DNA of 64,000 nucleotides from Deltaproteobacteria bacterium (lineage in GTDB: Bacteria; Myxococcota; Myxococcia; Myxococcales; 40CM-4-68-19): assembly GCA_043781235.1 (NCBI GenBank), contig JAYWBT010000114.1, forward strand, positions 6,226 through 70,225, read 5' to 3'. How positions within the stretch are numbered: the first letter of the stretch is position 1; every line of letters starts with the position of its first letter. A program made the position numbers and the translations under genes. Of this stretch, positions 61,852 to 64,000 are shown piece by piece. Below the pieces are notes generated by a model that saw only the letters and a program-made list of their open reading frames with translations, ran no database searches and was not told the origin of the DNA.

Positions 61852-62523
61852 CTAGTTGACGCGCGCGAGCAGCACGTCACTCTGCGGGTCGCGGCCGCCA
61901 TTCTCCATGCGGACGAAGCGGCGGTACTCCTTCATCACGCGGCGCGGATACTCCCGCAGGCGATCGGGAAACTCGCCACCCGCGCGCTTGTACTCCTGCA
62001 CGCGCTTGGGCCCGGCGTTGTACGCCATCAAGGCCTCGTCGCGGCTGTGGAAGCGGCGCTCCAGCCAGCGGAAGTAGCGGACCGCGAGGCGAACGTCCAC
62101 GACCGGATCCTCGCCCGTCGCCGAGTCCTCGCCGCCGGCGTCCGGCTCGCGGGCCGAGATCCAGGCGAAGGTGCTGGGCTTGAGCTGCATCAGGCCGCTG
62201 GCTCCGCGCTCGCTGCTGGCGCTCATGCGGAAGCGGCTCTCCACCGCCACCAGCGCCAGAACAAAGAGCGGGTCGTAGCCGGCGCGCGCCGATTCGGTCA
62301 GCACCGCGTCGGCCAGCTTCTTGCGAAGGTCCGGATCCAGCGCCTTGCCGACCCGGGCCAGCAGGGCCTCGAGCTCCGGCTGGACCATGGTCCTGCGGGG
62401 AGAATCCTTCAGTTGCTCCGCCGGCTTGGGAACTGCGCGCGGAAGCAGGACCATCTCGGCGGCGGCGCCGGCGACGACCAAGGCCAGACAACACCCAAGT
62501 ATGGCGCGCCGCTGTATCCTCAT
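61852..62523 (-). CDS. Lytic transglycosylase (SLT domain) protein
   Basis: A signal peptide, then LALVAVESRFRMSASSERGASGLMQL and AYNAGP. An AAGGAGA RBS lies upstream. Confidence 0.85.
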   Translation of the reverse strand: MRIQRRAILGCCLALVVAGAAAEMVLLPRAVPKPAEQLKDSPRRTMVQPELEALLARVGKALDPDLRKKLADAVLTESARAGYDPLFVLALVAVESRFRMSASSERGASGLMQLKPSTFAWISAREPDAGGEDSATGEDPVVDVRLAVRYFRWLERRFHSRDEALMAYNAGPKRVQEYKRAGGEFPDRLREYPRRVMKEYRRFVRMENGGRDPQSDVLLARVN

Positions 62524-62659
62524 CCGGTGGATTTCTCCTTTTGAAGAAGACGCAGCGTCACGAGCGCAAGGCTAACAGCCCCCCCGGCGAGGGAACAAGT
62601 CCCCAACCGCCGGAGAGTCCGCCACAAACACCTACACGGTACCTGAGTGAACAGATGAG

Positions 62660-62938
62660 CTAGTTCACGCTCGAAGGTGGCGGCTGCACGCCCGACCCGG
62701 CCGCCTCTTCCTTGGCAAGCTCTGGATCTTTGGCCAATTCCTGCAGCTTCTGGCCCAAGCGGACGAGCTCCTTGCCGACCTGCGCGAGTTGGTCCTTGGA
62801 CGAGGCTTGCGCCTTCACCATCCGCAACTTCAGCTCCGCCTGCGCGCGGTCGCTCAGCGTCTCGAACAGCTTCTGGGTGGACTGGAATGCCTCATGTAAC
62901 TTCCCTTGGACTTCCTTCATTTGCTCATTCGTGAACAT
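62660..62938 (-). CDS. Small coiled-coil protein (92 aa), unknown function
   Basis: A strong RBS (AAAGGAGAG) lies 3 nt before ATG 62938. GC is lower. The sequence is heptad-like and Lys/Glu/Gln-rich. Confidence 0.6.
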   Translation of the reverse strand: MFTNEQMKEVQGKLHEAFQSTQKLFETLSDRAQAELKLRMVKAQASSKDQLAQVGKELVRLGQKLQELAKDPELAKEEAAGSGVQPPPSSVN

Positions 62939-62949
62939 TTTCTCTCCTT

Positions 62950-62978
62950 TTGTCTCGTTGCGTCGGGGCCGCTAGAAT
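62950..62978 (+). promoter_or_regulatory. Candidate sigma-70 promoter of ppk1 (TTGTCT-N17-TAGAAT)
   Basis: Hexamers read directly, about 80 nt upstream of ATG 63055. A divergent TTGACA-containing candidate sits on the opposite strand nearby. Confidence 0.4.
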
Positions 62979-63054
62979 CAATAACGCATCGCGTTGCGGT
63001 GTCAAGTCACGACGCTGGCAGGTCCGCGGGGCTGCGTGTAAAGTCCGGCGCACC

Positions 63055-64000
63055 ATGGACTCCGGCACGACCTCGGGCGGCTCCGCCCCAACGCCCTCTC
63101 CCGCATCGGGCACTCCGCTCGTCGCGACTGCGCCAGCGTCGCTCACGGTCGTCCCTCCTCCTGAGCCGCTCACCGCCGCCCTCCTGGGAGCGCCGTCCCT
63201 CGGCGACGCTAGCTGGTTCATCAACCGCGAGCTCTCCTGGCTGGCCTTCAACGAGCGCGTCCTGGAAGAGGCCAACGACCCGCAGGTCCCCGCGCTCGAG
63301 CGCCTCAAGTTCCTTGCCATCACCAGCTCGAACCTCGACGAGTTCTTCATGATCCGCGTCGCGGGCCTCAAGTCGCAGCTCTCCGGCCATGTGGAGGAGA
63401 GCGGGCCCGACGCCATGAGCCCCGGCGAGCAGCTCGCGGCCATCTCCGCGCGCTGCCACGAGATGGTGGCGCGCTGCTACCGCGCCCTGCTCGGCGACGT
63501 CCTCCCCAACCTCGATCGCGCCGGGGTCCGGCTCCTTCCCACCAGCCAGCTCTCGCCTGAAGGCGACCATTTCGTCGCCGACTACTTCGCGCGCGAGGTG
63601 TTCCCGGTGCTGACGCCGATCGCGCTTGATCCGGGCCATCCCTTCCCGCACCTCCGCAACAAGTCGCTGAACCTCGCGGTGCGGTTCGCGCCACCTGCAC
63701 CCGGCGCGCGGCTGCGCTATGGCGTGGTGCCCGTGCCCTCGGTGCTCCCGCGGCTGGTCGAGGTGCCGCTGCAGGGAAAGAAGTGCTACGTCCTCCTCGA
63801 GGACGTCATCGGCCGCTACGTGGCGCAGCTCTTCCCGGGCATGCCCATCGAGGGCTGCTGGGCCTTCCGCGTCACCCGCAACTGGGACCTGAGCATCGAC
63901 GAGGAGGAGGCCGAGGACCTGCTCGTCACCATCGAGCGCGAGGTCCGCAGGCGCGACCGAGGCAGCGCCGTCCGCCTGGAGATCTCTGCCTCCGCCGAGC
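63055..64000 (+). CDS. ppk1: Polyphosphate kinase 1, 5' part; continues beyond the window end
   Basis: My own translation from ATG 63055 gives ...SWFINRELSWLAFNERVLEEANDPQVPALERLKFLAITSSNLDEFFMIRVAGLK, the canonical PPK1 N-domain. It is not in the ORF track because it has no stop. Confidence 0.9.
   Translation, partial: MDSGTTSGGSAPTPSPASGTPLVATAPASLTVVPPPEPLTAALLGAPSLGDASWFINRELSWLAFNERVLEEANDPQVPALERLKFLAITSSNLDEFFMIRVAGLKSQLSGHVEESGPDAMSPGEQLAAISARCHEMVARCYRALLGDVLPNLDRAGVRLLPTSQLSPEGDHFVADYFAREVFPVLTPIALDPGHPFPHLRNKSLNLAVRFAPPAPGARLRYGVVPVPSVLPRLVEVPLQGKKCYVLLEDVIGRYVAQLFPGMPIEGCWAFRVTRNWDLSIDEEEAEDLLVTIEREVRRRDRGSAVRLEISASAE

Overview
This is a very GC-rich bacterial chromosomal segment. 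By eye it is above 70% GC with a strong GC3 bias in the real reading frames; I did not compute this. Several things point to Myxococcota: a FrzS-like pseudo-receiver/coiled-coil protein, a RomR-like receiver/Pro-rich protein next to an orphan GroEL with a long GGM tail, lipoproteins with myxo-type Cys-rich repeats, many TPR lipoproteins, and PlsB. I can support about 60 protein-coding genes, one of them frameshifted. I found no rRNA, tRNA, CRISPR array, transposase or phage genes. Most of the content is housekeeping: valS, groEL, birA-coaX-nadC, rnd, recO, ald, plsB, fbaB, thiSGE, queD/queE/folE2, rlmI and ppk1. Mixed in are envelope proteins, proteases (S8, CPBP, M61), two-component and sigma-54 regulators, and an ECF sigma/anti-sigma pair. 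Genes are tightly packed, and many start/stop codons overlap (ATGA, GTGA, TTGA, TGATG), which implies long co-translated chains, especially on the minus strand. Most long entries in the ORF track are GC-driven shadow ORFs antisense to real genes. I did not find a clear-cut novel multi-gene system. The observations most worth following up are listed here:
- a 19-codon Tat-signal-like sORF with a 13-nt perfect Shine-Dalgarno and an intrinsic terminator just upstream of tatA;
- a tatA-HK-EBP module with a candidate sigma-54 promoter driving a 73-aa ORF;
- a ValRS with a ~270-aa extension ending in a histone-H1-like tail;
- a queE-phzF-folE2 unit that appears translationally coupled;
- a FadL-like barrel coupled to thiE in a thi operon with no visible THI-box;
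- an AbiEii-like nucleotidyltransferase gene pair;
- an S8 protease with a polytopic membrane tail, preceded by a phased repeat array;
- an over-represented AT-rich 10-mer, TTCGATAATT.
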